Assembly (NCBI GenBank): GCA_016649995.1
Contig: JAENWJ010000003.1
Coordinates: 349-64,348 of the forward strand
Length of the DNA: 64,000 bases
Source: Peptostreptococcaceae bacterium
Lineage (GTDB): Bacteria; Bacillota; Clostridia; Peptostreptococcales; BM714
Direction of reading: 5' to 3'
Shown: one piece after another, positions 46,867 through 56,098 of the stretch
Position numbering within the stretch: position 1 is the first letter of the stretch
Layout: every line of letters starts with the position of its first letter
Translations under genes and position numbers: made by a program
Notes under the pieces: generated by a model
The model's input: only the letters and a program-made list of their open reading frames with translations
Told to the model about the DNA's origin: nothing
Database searches by the model: none

Positions 46867-48330
46867 ATGGAATGCGCAATAAAATTGAATATAGGCAAAA
46901 AGGCGGAATTTACGCTGAGCACCGGGAAGGCAGGCAAGACTGATATAGGTGAATCCGTAGGAAAAGGTGAAAGATTCGAGGCTTTGATGCGCAGGTTTAT
47001 GAGTGTAGACGGCAAGAACGTCGAAACCCAAGTACCGACGCACAAGGTATTGCCGGAAAAAGACATGTTGTCTGCATTGGCTGGTGTCCAGATGGAGATG
47101 AAGGTGATTATTGAAGCCGTAGAGATTGAGGATGTTACTGCGGGGAAGGAACTTTCGGAAGCTGATTTTGATAAAGGGAAAAAGACGGTCGGCAAAGTCT
47201 GTCTTGATAATCTTGGCAGATTTCCTGAGATACCGCGAGAATTCATTAAAGAAACCGGAATGATGCAGGATGTCAATTTGAAATCCGAATCAGAGAGGCT
47301 GAATGATGAGGCAGTCGCCCAGCCCCTTGAAGCAGGAAGAGGCAGTGAAATTACCGACAGGACTGCTGGTGAATGGTTGCAAAATCCGGGAGCTGAATCT
47401 GTTGCAGTGGCAGGGACTTTCTATGCTGAGCAAGGATTGCCTGATATCGTTTCCGAAAAGCGAACGGTAGACAAGAATGCAATGTTTTCACCGTCTGCGG
47501 GGGTACAGGAAAATATACAGGGATTGGAATCAAAGCAACCGAAAAATCTTGAAACTATCGCGATGAACGAAGACGAAAAAAGATTTTTACATTCCGCTAG
47601 GAGGCAGAGCGTTTTGAACCGCTTGCCTGAAATGCAAAAGCAAGGACAAGAAGAAACCGGCACATTGCAAACAGGGAAAGGCGCGCTCGTGGAAACCGGC
47701 GAAATGAAGAACACCGCAAAACCCGAACTGAAGAACACCGCAAAACCCGAACTGAAGAACACCGCAAAACCCGAACTGAAGAACGGAATTTCAGAGCAGG
47801 CTGCTAAAATGGTCGAGGGTGTACCTGCTATTGATACAAAAATTGCCGGATTGGAAACAGTCAAGGCGGAGACGGTTGATGCTGCGAGAGCAATTACAAA
47901 TTTCGAGGAAATCGGTGAGAAGATTGAGTTTGGAATGAACAAAGCCCGTGAAAATGGAGAAACCGTAATGAGGGTGCGATTGAAGCCGGAGGAATTGGGC
48001 AGGATAGAAATTAAACTGACGAACGAGGACGGCGCGGTGAAGGCTCGGATTTTTGTGGAAAACGAAGGCGTCAAAGAACAATTGAAAAATTTTCTCATGG
48101 ATGATAGGGCTTTTTCGAGGCAAAACGGTCTACGACTGAAAGAAATAGAAGTGAGTGTTTTCAATCAACAAACAGGCAATTCGGAGGAATTCGGACAAAG
48201 AGCTTTCGATTTTCAGAGAGAGGCCCGTCAAGATGATTTTACGGATGATTTTCGGGAAGAACGCAATGATTTGTTGTGGCAAACTGAAGAAGGGCGAGGC
48301 GCACAAAAGGGATTGGATTTATTCGCTTAG
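46867..48330 (+). CDS. fliK: Flagellar hook-length control protein FliK
   Basis: C-terminal FliK domain MRVRLKPEELGRIEIKLTNEDGAVKARIFVENEGVKEQL. ATG at 46867 after SD AGGAGGTG. Confidence 0.85.
   Translation: MECAIKLNIGKKAEFTLSTGKAGKTDIGESVGKGERFEALMRRFMSVDGKNVETQVPTHKVLPEKDMLSALAGVQMEMKVIIEAVEIEDVTAGKELSEADFDKGKKTVGKVCLDNLGRFPEIPREFIKETGMMQDVNLKSESERLNDEAVAQPLEAGRGSEITDRTAGEWLQNPGAESVAVAGTFYAEQGLPDIVSEKRTVDKNAMFSPSAGVQENIQGLESKQPKNLETIAMNEDEKRFLHSARRQSVLNRLPEMQKQGQEETGTLQTGKGALVETGEMKNTAKPELKNTAKPELKNTAKPELKNGISEQAAKMVEGVPAIDTKIAGLETVKAETVDAARAITNFEEIGEKIEFGMNKARENGETVMRVRLKPEELGRIEIKLTNEDGAVKARIFVENEGVKEQLKNFLMDDRAFSRQNGLRLKEIEVSVFNQQTGNSEEFGQRAFDFQREARQDDFTDDFREERNDLLWQTEEGRGAQKGLDLFA
47707..47784 (+). 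repeat. In-frame 24-nt tandem repeat x3.25 within fliK
   Basis: AAGAACACCGCAAAACCCGAACTG is repeated perfectly three times and encodes (KNTAKPEL)3. Confidence 0.95.
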
Positions 48331-48338
48331 GAGGTGAA

Positions 48339-48833
48339 ATGATGGAAGTAAGCAACGTAAGCAGCTATGTGGATGCATCGCAAAGTAGCAGTAGCGGACA
48401 GAAACTCGGTAAAAATGAATTTTTTCAGATTCTTGCTGCACAGCTTCAGTTTCAGGATCCCATGGAAGGTGGGGATAATTCGGAATATGTGGCCCAATTG
48501 GCGCAGTTTTCTGCCCTTGAGCAGATGGAGAATTTAAATTTAGCCATTGCAGATTTGAAAAACAATCAGAACCTGCTTTTTGGAAGTCAGATGATAGGAA
48601 AGACTGTAGAGGTTGTGGGAGAAAATGAGATAGTCAAGGGAGAAGTCCAATCGGTCAGGGTTCGCGAATCGGGACTCTATATCGTAGTGGGGGACCAGGA
48701 ATATGTGGCGGAGGACATACTGAACATGACTTTAACACCGGATGAACAGGTGCAGCAGATCATTGAAGGAATGGAGCATATTGGCCAGGTCTTGGATCAA
48801 GCCTTTGCACCGGAACCTCAAGTTGTTATCTAA
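48339..48833 (+). CDS. flgD: Flagellar hook capping protein FlgD
   Basis: LGKNEFFQILAAQLQFQDPMEGGDNSEYVAQLAQFSALEQMENL. Confidence 0.9.
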   Translation: MMEVSNVSSYVDASQSSSSGQKLGKNEFFQILAAQLQFQDPMEGGDNSEYVAQLAQFSALEQMENLNLAIADLKNNQNLLFGSQMIGKTVEVVGENEIVKGEVQSVRVRESGLYIVVGDQEYVAEDILNMTLTPDEQVQQIIEGMEHIGQVLDQAFAPEPQVVI

Positions 48834-48854
48834 ATGCTTTAAGGAAGTGATTAA

Positions 48855-49253
48855 ATGGCTTACAGAGTGAATAATGGAATGCTTTATCCGGTTGACCGAC
48901 CAGGGAAAAGCAAGAATAACGGCACTGACAAAGCAAACCGCGGTGACGGGAACTTCAGGCAGATTCTTAATAAGACATTAGATAATAAGTCGGAGCTGAA
49001 AGTTTCAGCACACGCACTCAGACGACTGGAACAGAGGAATTTAAGGCTTACGGAGAACGACATGAGGAATCTTGAAAAGGCAGTTGACAAGGCTGAAGCC
49101 AAGGGGGCAAAAGAATCATTGCTTCTTTACAAGGAAATGGCTTTTGTAGCAAGCATCCACAACCGTACAATAATTACGGCAGTGGGGCAGAAAGATGCAA
49201 AGGAAAACGTTTTTACAAACATAGACAGTGCAGTCATCATCGACGAAGATTGA
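48855..49253 (+). CDS. Flagellar operon protein (family usually found between flgD and flgE in Firmicutes)
   Basis: 132 aa. KVSAHALRRLEQRNLRLTENDMRNLEKAVDKAEAKGAKESLLLYKEMAFVASIHNRTIITA pattern. Confidence 0.6.
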   Translation: MAYRVNNGMLYPVDRPGKSKNNGTDKANRGDGNFRQILNKTLDNKSELKVSAHALRRLEQRNLRLTENDMRNLEKAVDKAEAKGAKESLLLYKEMAFVASIHNRTIITAVGQKDAKENVFTNIDSAVIIDED

Positions 49254-49338
49254 CAGGCCGGACCTCCAAGAGGAAGCCTGGCGCCGCGGATTGAATGAAG
49301 CGGCGCACATCTTCAAAACACAAGGGAGGAATTTTAAT

Positions 49339-50259
49339 ATGTTAAGATCACTTTATGCAGGCGTAAGTGGAATGAGAAGCAATCAGGTAAAGATGGATGT
49401 AATAGGCAACAATATCGCAAACGTAAACACAACGGCATTCAAGTCGGGGCGAGCAAGGTTTCAGGATCTTTTCAGCCAGACTCTTGCAAACGCGCAGATG
49501 CCTTCCGATACAGGCCTGGGCGGAATAAACCCCAAGCAGGTTGGCCTTGGAGTTGGAGTTGCGGCGATTGACACGGTAATGAGCGGAGGCTCTCTTAAGC
49601 CTACGGGAAGAGAACTCGACTTCGCAATCGAAGGGGAAGGTTTCTTTGTGGTATCTCGGGATAGTGCAGGAGACATGAAGCGCTACACGCGCGACGGAGC
49701 CTTCTTCACCGACTACGAGGGTAATTTGGTTAATGCTGAGGGACTTCGCGTGCTTGGGTATGCTGCCGACGGATTGACTGGAAGCGTCGGGGCGTATGAT
49801 CACACTGGCACAACCGTCATCACCAGCCCAAGCGATTCCACACAAAGCGATCTGCTGGTGTCCATATGCATTCCAAATGAAATGACCGTTGGGGCGAACA
49901 CCGTCAGCTTGGAGACCTTTTCCATAGACGGTTCAGGATTGATACAAGGCATATACAGTGATGGAGAGGTATACTCATTGGGACAAATAGGCATTGGCAA
50001 ATTCAAAAATCCGGGAGGGCTTGACAAGCTGGGAGGAAATACATACCGGGATACACGAAATTCGGGGGAAGTTGAAGTCGGAGTGGCTAACGAAAACGGC
50101 TTCGGAGCAATAAGGCCGGGAGTATTGGAAATGTCGAATGTGGACCTTGCCAATGAATTCACCGAGATGATAATCACCAGCCGGGCCTATCAGGCTAATG
50201 CGAAGACGATTTCGACCTCGGATGAAATGCTTCAGGAATTGATCAACCTCAAGCGATAA
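49339..50259 (+). CDS. flgE: Flagellar hook protein FlgE
   Basis: [35 protein letters not shown]... and C-terminal LANEFTEMIITSRAYQANAKTIS. ATG at 49339 after SD AAGGGAGGA. The track start at 49228 was rejected. Confidence 0.9.
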   Translation: MLRSLYAGVSGMRSNQVKMDVIGNNIANVNTTAFKSGRARFQDLFSQTLANAQMPSDTGLGGINPKQVGLGVGVAAIDTVMSGGSLKPTGRELDFAIEGEGFFVVSRDSAGDMKRYTRDGAFFTDYEGNLVNAEGLRVLGYAADGLTGSVGAYDHTGTTVITSPSDSTQSDLLVSICIPNEMTVGANTVSLETFSIDGSGLIQGIYSDGEVYSLGQIGIGKFKNPGGLDKLGGNTYRDTRNSGEVEVGVANENGFGAIRPGVLEMSNVDLANEFTEMIITSRAYQANAKTISTSDEMLQELINLKR

Positions 50260-50261
50260 TT

Positions 50262-50345
50262 GGGAAGTGGAAAGATTAAAGATTAAAGATTAAAGATTAA
50301 AGATATCAGGAAAAGATGTAAAAAATAAAGTGGGAAATGGAAAAA
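50262..50345 (+). repeat. Heptamer array (GGGAAGT GGAAAG, ATTAAAG x4, then degenerate A-rich units)
   Basis: Read directly. It starts 3 nt after the flgE stop. Confidence 0.9.
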
Positions 50346-50397
50346 CAAATAAAAATCATAAGCCGGCTAAAATTTAATTCGAGTCGGTAGGAAGTCA

Positions 50398-50424
50398 GGG
50401 GCGGGCGCATAGAATGCCCGCCCC
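50398..50424 (+). other. GC-rich 9-bp hairpin without a U tract, just upstream of the flbD SD
   Basis: GGGGCGGGC-gcatagaat-GCCCGCCCC. Confidence 0.7.
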
Positions 50425-50444
50425 GATAAAGGAGTTGTTTTCAA

Positions 50445-50633
50445 GTGGTAAGACTGACTTCATTAAAGGGTGAACCTTTTTATCTCAATGCAGAACTGAT
50501 TGAAAAAATTGAGGAAATCCCTGATACTCTAATTACCTTGACAAGCGGCAAGAAAATCAGGGTAAGTCAAAAGGCGCTGGAAGTAGTGGAGAGCGTCATA
50601 GCCTACCGCAGAAAAATAAATGGCGGGCTTTAG
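50445..50633 (+). CDS. flbD: Flagellar protein FlbD
   Basis: (M)VRLTSLKGEPFYLNAELIEKIEEIPDTLITLTSGKKIRVSQ. Confidence 0.9.
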   Translation: MVRLTSLKGEPFYLNAELIEKIEEIPDTLITLTSGKKIRVSQKALEVVESVIAYRRKINGGL

Positions 50634-50644
50634 GAGGCTAAAGA

Positions 50645-51448
50645 ATGAAAAAAATCGATATTTTTCCATTGCTGGCCATATTTATAGGAACCACGATGAT
50701 TATAATAGCTATTTCAACGCAGGGAAATATTATGGTATTCTGGAGTCTTTCATCTCTGGTTATAACCGTTTTAGGTTCATTCTGCGCACTCATGGCTAGC
50801 TATCCTATAAAAGTGCTATTGGGTGTTCCCAAGATTTTAAAGCAGGCATTCATATCTAATATGGACAATCGCAGCAATTTAGTTGTTTTGTTCGCAAATC
50901 TTTCACGCAAGGCACGTTCGGAGGGTCTATTATCGATAGAGGAAGAAGTGGAGAAAATAGAAAACGAATTTCTCATCAGGGGCTTGCGGATGGTAGTGGA
51001 CGGAATTGAGCCGGAGAACATCAAGTCTATTTTGGGTCTTGAAATCGCTACAATTGAAAGACGTCATGGTGTTGGACATAATATTTTCAAGTCATGGGGG
51101 GAGTTAGCCCCGGCTTTTGGCATGATTGGTACTCTCATCGGCCTTGTTATCATGTTGAGCGACCTTAACGACGCCAGTGCCATCGGGGTAGGCATGGCCA
51201 CGGCGTTGATAACCACTTTCTATGGAGCTTTTTTTGCCAACATGTTACTTATTCCTGTCGCCACCAAGTTGCAAAGTCAGACCGAAGAGGAAATTTTTAC
51301 CAGAGAAATGATGATTGAAGGGATTTTGTCTATTCAGTCGGGAACAAACCCGAAAATTGTTGAAGAAAAATTGACTACTTACTTATCGCCATATGAAAGA
51401 AAGAAGGACCGGGAGGAGGAAGCTGTGGTGATAAAAAATGCCTCTTAG
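50645..51448 (+). CDS. motA: Flagellar stator protein MotA
   Basis: 267 aa, four TM segments. PAFGMIGTLIGLV...ALITTFYGAFFAN. Confidence 0.9.
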   Translation: MKKIDIFPLLAIFIGTTMIIIAISTQGNIMVFWSLSSLVITVLGSFCALMASYPIKVLLGVPKILKQAFISNMDNRSNLVVLFANLSRKARSEGLLSIEEEVEKIENEFLIRGLRMVVDGIEPENIKSILGLEIATIERRHGVGHNIFKSWGELAPAFGMIGTLIGLVIMLSDLNDASAIGVGMATALITTFYGAFFANMLLIPVATKLQSQTEEEIFTREMMIEGILSIQSGTNPKIVEEKLTTYLSPYERKKDREEEAVVIKNAS

Positions 51449-52169
51449 AAGAAAAAAACAGGATGATGGCAGAGGTTCTCCATCTTGGATGACTACTTTT
51501 TCAGATCTCATGACACTTTTGCTGACTTTTTTTATCCTGCTATACTCAATGTCGACTATCGACGTCTTTAAATTCGAGAATGTGGCTAGCGCTTTGCAAA
51601 GTGTTCTGATTGGCGAGGCCAAACCGACAATTTTCTCCGACGACATTCCGCCGGGCAATGTTCCGATTAATGATCTTTTGCCTATTGAACAAACCCAGAT
51701 TGAAGAGATGAACACGGAACTGGTACAGCTCTACCAATTGGTGAATGAATATGTTAAAAGAGAGGGTCTCCAAGCTGAGATATCTGTAAGGGCTGATCGG
51801 AGAGGAGTTATTATAGACATCAAGGAGAAGGTGCTTTTCGATTCAGGAGCGGCCGTATTGAAGGGAAATAGCAAGGAGGTACTTGATAAGGTTGTGATGC
51901 TAATAGAACAATTTGACAATAAAATAATCGTCGAGGGACATACGGATACAGTGCCGATAAATACGGCCAAGTTCCCTAGCAACTGGGAACTTTCGGTAAT
52001 CAGAGCCATAAACGTACTGAGGTATTTTACCGAAGAAAAGGATATAGATCCTGTACGAATATCTGTAGCCGGATACGGAAAATACAAACCCATTTCAACC
52101 AATGACAACACCTTGGGTAGAGCCATGAACCGTCGGGTGAATATTTTGATTTTGGTAGAAACGGAATAG
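51438..52169 (+). CDS. motB: Flagellar stator protein MotB (OmpA-like C-terminal domain)
   Basis: WMTTFSDLMTLLLTFFILLYSMS with the conserved Asp, and a C-terminal VEGHTDTVPI...NWELSVIRA...NRRVNI. Confidence 0.9.
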   Translation: MPLRRKKQDDGRGSPSWMTTFSDLMTLLLTFFILLYSMSTIDVFKFENVASALQSVLIGEAKPTIFSDDIPPGNVPINDLLPIEQTQIEEMNTELVQLYQLVNEYVKREGLQAEISVRADRRGVIIDIKEKVLFDSGAAVLKGNSKEVLDKVVMLIEQFDNKIIVEGHTDTVPINTAKFPSNWELSVIRAINVLRYFTEEKDIDPVRISVAGYGKYKPISTNDNTLGRAMNRRVNILILVETE

Positions 52170-52176
52170 GAGGAAA

Positions 52177-52665
52177 TTGAAATTGACAGATAATGCAAAT
52201 AGTAAGGGCAACGCTCACGATGACAAAAATCCTAAGAAGAAAGTAAAAACACTAATCATAATTGCGGTTCTCGTTTTAGCTTTGGCAGCCGCTTCGTTTT
52301 TTGCATATGCCTACTTCACAAAGACCTTTATTTTCAATGAGGACTCCAAGGTTGCACCTGTGGCGGAAGTTGTTTATCCCTTGGGCGAATTCGTTATAAA
52401 TCTGAACGATTCCAACAACAGAAGCTATTTGAAGACTCAGATAGCCGTAGGGTATGCAAACAAAAAAGACGAGATTTTTATAAAGGATAAAAAGTTTCAA
52501 ATCCGGGATATAATTATACAAACTCTTCGCTCGAAGACTGCGGAGGATATAAGGGCAGTCGAAAAGACGGATGAATTAAAGGTAGAGATTATGAACAAAT
52601 TAAATGAACTTTTCGAGCCGGAACTGATTTTGGAAGTCTATATTGTCGATATTTTGATTCAGTGA
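52177..52665 (+). CDS. fliL: Flagellar basal body-associated protein FliL
   Basis: Single N-terminal TM segment. YPLGEFVINLNDSNNRSYLKTQIAVGY. TTG start at 52177 or 52183. Confidence 0.85.
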   Translation: MKLTDNANSKGNAHDDKNPKKKVKTLIIIAVLVLALAAASFFAYAYFTKTFIFNEDSKVAPVAEVVYPLGEFVINLNDSNNRSYLKTQIAVGYANKKDEIFIKDKKFQIRDIIIQTLRSKTAEDIRAVEKTDELKVEIMNKLNELFEPELILEVYIVDILIQ

Positions 52666-52690
52666 TTTAAAAAGAGAAGAGGACAGCAAT

Positions 52691-53053
52691 ATGGGAAATA
52701 TGAATTTTACTCAAAGCCTTATTAAATTGTTCATAGCCTTTCCGGTGGTAATCATGGTCGCTTATTTCAGCCTCAGGTTGGGGAATCGATATCTGAAAAG
52801 AATGGGAAATACGAGGAATCTCGAGGTTATTGAGACTGTTCCGATTTATAACAAGGCGGTTCTGAGCATTGTCCGCATATTTGACGCCTACTATGTGTTG
52901 GGCGTTACGGAGCACGGGGTTGAAACAATCCGCGAGTTGTCGGATACGGAAATCGATGCCTTCCTCAGAAATGGTTTTTCCAATGGAAGGAGTTTCGTGG
53001 GGAAACTGAAAAGTTTCAAATGGAAAGAGAAAGTGAAGGATGGCTATGAATAG
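52691..53053 (+). CDS. fliO: Flagellar biosynthesis protein FliO/FliZ
   Basis: 120 aa, one TM segment. Pattern LEVIETVPIYNKAVLSIVRIFDAYYVLGVTEHGV. Confidence 0.75.
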   Translation: MGNMNFTQSLIKLFIAFPVVIMVAYFSLRLGNRYLKRMGNTRNLEVIETVPIYNKAVLSIVRIFDAYYVLGVTEHGVETIRELSDTEIDAFLRNGFSNGRSFVGKLKSFKWKEKVKDGYE

Positions 53054-53807
53054 GAAACTGGCATTTTTAATACTGGCGATTATTATCATCGTTTTCATGG
53101 GCAATGTGTCCTTCGCAGAGGAAGTGGATTTGCCGATTCCAAGAATCGGCATCAATGTCGACGAGGCAGAAACACCGGACGATTATGTCGATGGCATCAA
53201 AATATTGATTATGTTGACCGTACTGACACTTGTGCCTTCGTTTTTAGTTCTAATGACGTCTTTTACGAGGATTATCATTGTGCTTTCTTTCCTTAGAAGT
53301 GCCATGGCCACCCAGCAGACGCCTCCTAATCAGATATTAATCGGATTGGCGCTTTTCTTGACATTTTTTCTTATGGCGCCGGTTTACACGGAGGTCATCG
53401 AAGATGCGGTGAATCCTTACTTGACAAATGAAATTTCGCAGGAGGAAGCCATCGACATAGGTTCAAAGCCAATCAAGAATTTTATGCTTAATCAGACCAG
53501 AGAAAAGGATCTGGCTCTTTTTATAAATCTGTCGGGTGACGAATTTCCTGAAACCAGCATAGAAACGTCTTTCATGGCAGTGATTCCGGCTTTTATTATC
53601 AGTGAGCTAAAAACCGCATTCCAGATGGGCTTCATGCTATTTATACCATTCATCGTCATAGATTTAATCGTGGCAAGCATACTTATGTCAATGGGCATGT
53701 TCATGCTGCCGCCGGTAATGATATCGCTTCCGTTTAAACTTTTACTTTTTGTAATGGTGGACGGGTGGTATCTAGTTGTGAAATCCATTATGGAAAGTTT
53801 TATTTAG
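53046..53807 (+). CDS. fliP: Flagellar export apparatus protein FliP
   Basis: LTVLTLVPSFLVLMTSFTRIIIVLSFLRSAMATQQTPPNQILIGLALFLTFF. Start is the ATG at 53046 (or 53040). Confidence 0.95.
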   Translation: MNRKLAFLILAIIIIVFMGNVSFAEEVDLPIPRIGINVDEAETPDDYVDGIKILIMLTVLTLVPSFLVLMTSFTRIIIVLSFLRSAMATQQTPPNQILIGLALFLTFFLMAPVYTEVIEDAVNPYLTNEISQEEAIDIGSKPIKNFMLNQTREKDLALFINLSGDEFPETSIETSFMAVIPAFIISELKTAFQMGFMLFIPFIVIDLIVASILMSMGMFMLPPVMISLPFKLLLFVMVDGWYLVVKSIMESFI

Positions 53808-53819
53808 GGGGGATGTATC

Positions 53820-54089
53820 ATGACTCAGTCAATGGTTGGCGATATCATGAGAGATGCGTTGACAACCGTGCTACTTACAGCCGGTCCCGTTTTAATGGCG
53901 GCGCTGCTTGTCGGACTTATTGTTAGTATATTTCAAGCTACAACACAGATTCAGGAGCAAACTCTCACTTTTGTACCCAAAATTGTAGCTGTGTTCTTCA
54001 CAATTATGATTACAGGACCATATATGTTGAGTAAATTGACGGATTTTACGACGCAAATGTTCACTAACATTGCCACCATGATCAGGTAG
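53820..54089 (+). CDS. fliQ: Flagellar export apparatus protein FliQ
   Basis: 89 aa. LLVGLIVSIFQATTQIQEQTLTFVPKI. Confidence 0.95.
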   Translation: MTQSMVGDIMRDALTTVLLTAGPVLMAALLVGLIVSIFQATTQIQEQTLTFVPKIVAVFFTIMITGPYMLSKLTDFTTQMFTNIATMIR

Positions 54090-54096
54090 GTGTTCC

Positions 54097-54882
54097 ATGA
54101 CAATTTATAATTTTACGGTTTATTTTCTTATTTTAGCAAGAATTGCCAGCTTCATGGGAACGTCACTGATTTTTTCAGTTCGAGGACTTCCGAATTTGTT
54201 GAAGGTCGGTTTTGCGGTAATACTTAGTATTTTGCTATATCCGATAGCTCATGCAGATGTCTTTGTGGAACCAACGTTGATAGGCTATGTATTGCAGGTG
54301 GTTTTTGAAGTGATCTTTGGACTGGCTCTCGGTTTTACGACCAACATTATTTTTATTGCAATGCAGATGGGCGGGCAGCTGATTGATTTTCAAATAGGGT
54401 TTTCAATGGCTTCGGTATATGACCCGTTGACTAAGAACAAGGTATCACTTTACGGCCGGTTGTATTACTGGATGGGGCTGGCATTGTTTTTCGCTGTGGA
54501 TGCCCATCATTATCTTGTTTATGTCATGGCTAGAATGTTTGAAATTTTGCCGGTAGGAGGAGTTGTAACGGAGCATTTGAAGGCTGCAGATGTCATTTTT
54601 CTTTTTACATCGAGCTTTCGTACGGCTTTTCAGATTGCAGTGCCGTTGCTGCTTATACTCTTCATGACGGATGTCATTATGGGTATGCTTGCTAGGACGG
54701 TACCACAGCTTAATGTGTTTATTTTGGGATTGCCACTTAAGGTTCTTATAGGGGTGTCGGCTTCGATTTTGCTTATGCCGTCAATCATCCGAATGATGAT
54801 TCCGGTAATTGAAAGCATTCCCTTTCAATTGGAAAAACTGATGGAGGTGCTTGCGGTTTTATATATGGGAGGTTGGAGTTGA
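54097..54882 (+). CDS. fliR: Flagellar export apparatus protein FliR
   Basis: 261-aa polytopic protein. Position and size fit. Confidence 0.9.
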   Translation: MTIYNFTVYFLILARIASFMGTSLIFSVRGLPNLLKVGFAVILSILLYPIAHADVFVEPTLIGYVLQVVFEVIFGLALGFTTNIIFIAMQMGGQLIDFQIGFSMASVYDPLTKNKVSLYGRLYYWMGLALFFAVDAHHYLVYVMARMFEILPVGGVVTEHLKAADVIFLFTSSFRTAFQIAVPLLLILFMTDVIMGMLARTVPQLNVFILGLPLKVLIGVSASILLMPSIIRMMIPVIESIPFQLEKLMEVLAVLYMGGWS

Positions 54883-54886
54883 TCTG

Positions 54887-56098
54887 ATGGGACACACGGA
54901 ATGGATTTTATTTTTTGCAATAATAATTTTTATAGACGGTGTTGCATGGGACAGAAGTGGCGAATTCGTTTTTTTGCCCGCGGGATTTACCGGAAGCATT
55001 AGGCCGGTTTTCGATTCCGACCGGTTTGATTCGATATTTTTTGCGGCGGATGAAAAGACCGAAGATCCTACCCCGAAGAAACTCAGTGAAGCACGTAAAA
55101 AGGGGCAGGTTGCAAAAAGCACCGACTTGAACTCAATCATCATACTTATTTTGGCGGCTATTTTATTAATGTACGCCGGAGAATACGGGTTCGAGAAATT
55201 GTATTTCTTTTTGTATGGAGCCCTGTCTAATGCTGATTATAAGGTCACTATAGGGAATCTAAGGCCATTGCTCATCTATTATGGTTATTCTTATTTATCC
55301 GTAGTGGCCATTGTTTTTGCTACGGTAATGGTGGCGGGGACGGTAGCGAATTTATCCCAATCAGGTTTCCTTTTTTCGGTGGAACCACTTAAACCGAATT
55401 TCAAAAAATTGAATCCGTTGGAGGGATTTAAAAATCTGTTTTCGAAAAAGACATTGTTCAATTTGATAAAGACTCTTTTTAAATTTCTGCTAGTTGGATA
55501 CATCGTTTACACTTTTGCTAAAAAAAATATTCCCATGGTTTTTTCATCAGTTGGAATGAAAGCGGAAGCGGTTTTTCCATTAACAAAGGACTTGATATAC
55601 AGATTGGTGGTTAGGATTGCCGTGGTTTTGGGGATTCTTGCTATAGTGGATTTCGTTTATCAGAAATATGATTTCAAGAAGAACCTCAAGATGACGAAGA
55701 ATGAAATTAAGGAAGAGATGAAACAGATGGAGGGAGACCCTAAAATCAAGTCCCGAAGGAAACAGAAACAACGGCAATTGGCCATGAGCCGAATGATGGC
55801 CGATGTACCCCAAGCAACGGTGATTTTGACAAATCCGACACACCTGTCTGTTGCCTTGAAATATGAGGACAAAAAGAATGAAGCCCCGGTTGTAGTGGCC
55901 AAAGGGGCGGACTTGATAGCTTTTAAGATAAGGGAAATCGCCAAGGTTAACGACATTCCTCTTATTGAGAACAAACCCCTGGCAAGAATGTTGTACAAGC
56001 GTTCCAATGTAGGGGATGAGGTGCCGGCCGATCTATATCAGGCGGTGGCTGAAATATTGGCAATGGTTTATAAAATGAAGAAGAAGCATCGAAGGTAA
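54887..56098 (+). CDS. flhB: Flagellar export switch protein FlhB, with an N-terminal extension
   Basis: EKTEDPTPKKLSEARKKGQVAKS and the autocleavage site NPTHL are present. The first ATG is at 54887, and the conserved EKTE box lies about 55 aa into the protein. Confidence 0.9.
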   Translation: MGHTEWILFFAIIIFIDGVAWDRSGEFVFLPAGFTGSIRPVFDSDRFDSIFFAADEKTEDPTPKKLSEARKKGQVAKSTDLNSIIILILAAILLMYAGEYGFEKLYFFLYGALSNADYKVTIGNLRPLLIYYGYSYLSVVAIVFATVMVAGTVANLSQSGFLFSVEPLKPNFKKLNPLEGFKNLFSKKTLFNLIKTLFKFLLVGYIVYTFAKKNIPMVFSSVGMKAEAVFPLTKDLIYRLVVRIAVVLGILAIVDFVYQKYDFKKNLKMTKNEIKEEMKQMEGDPKIKSRRKQKQRQLAMSRMMADVPQATVILTNPTHLSVALKYEDKKNEAPVVVAKGADLIAFKIREIAKVNDIPLIENKPLARMLYKRSNVGDEVPADLYQAVAEILAMVYKMKKKHRR

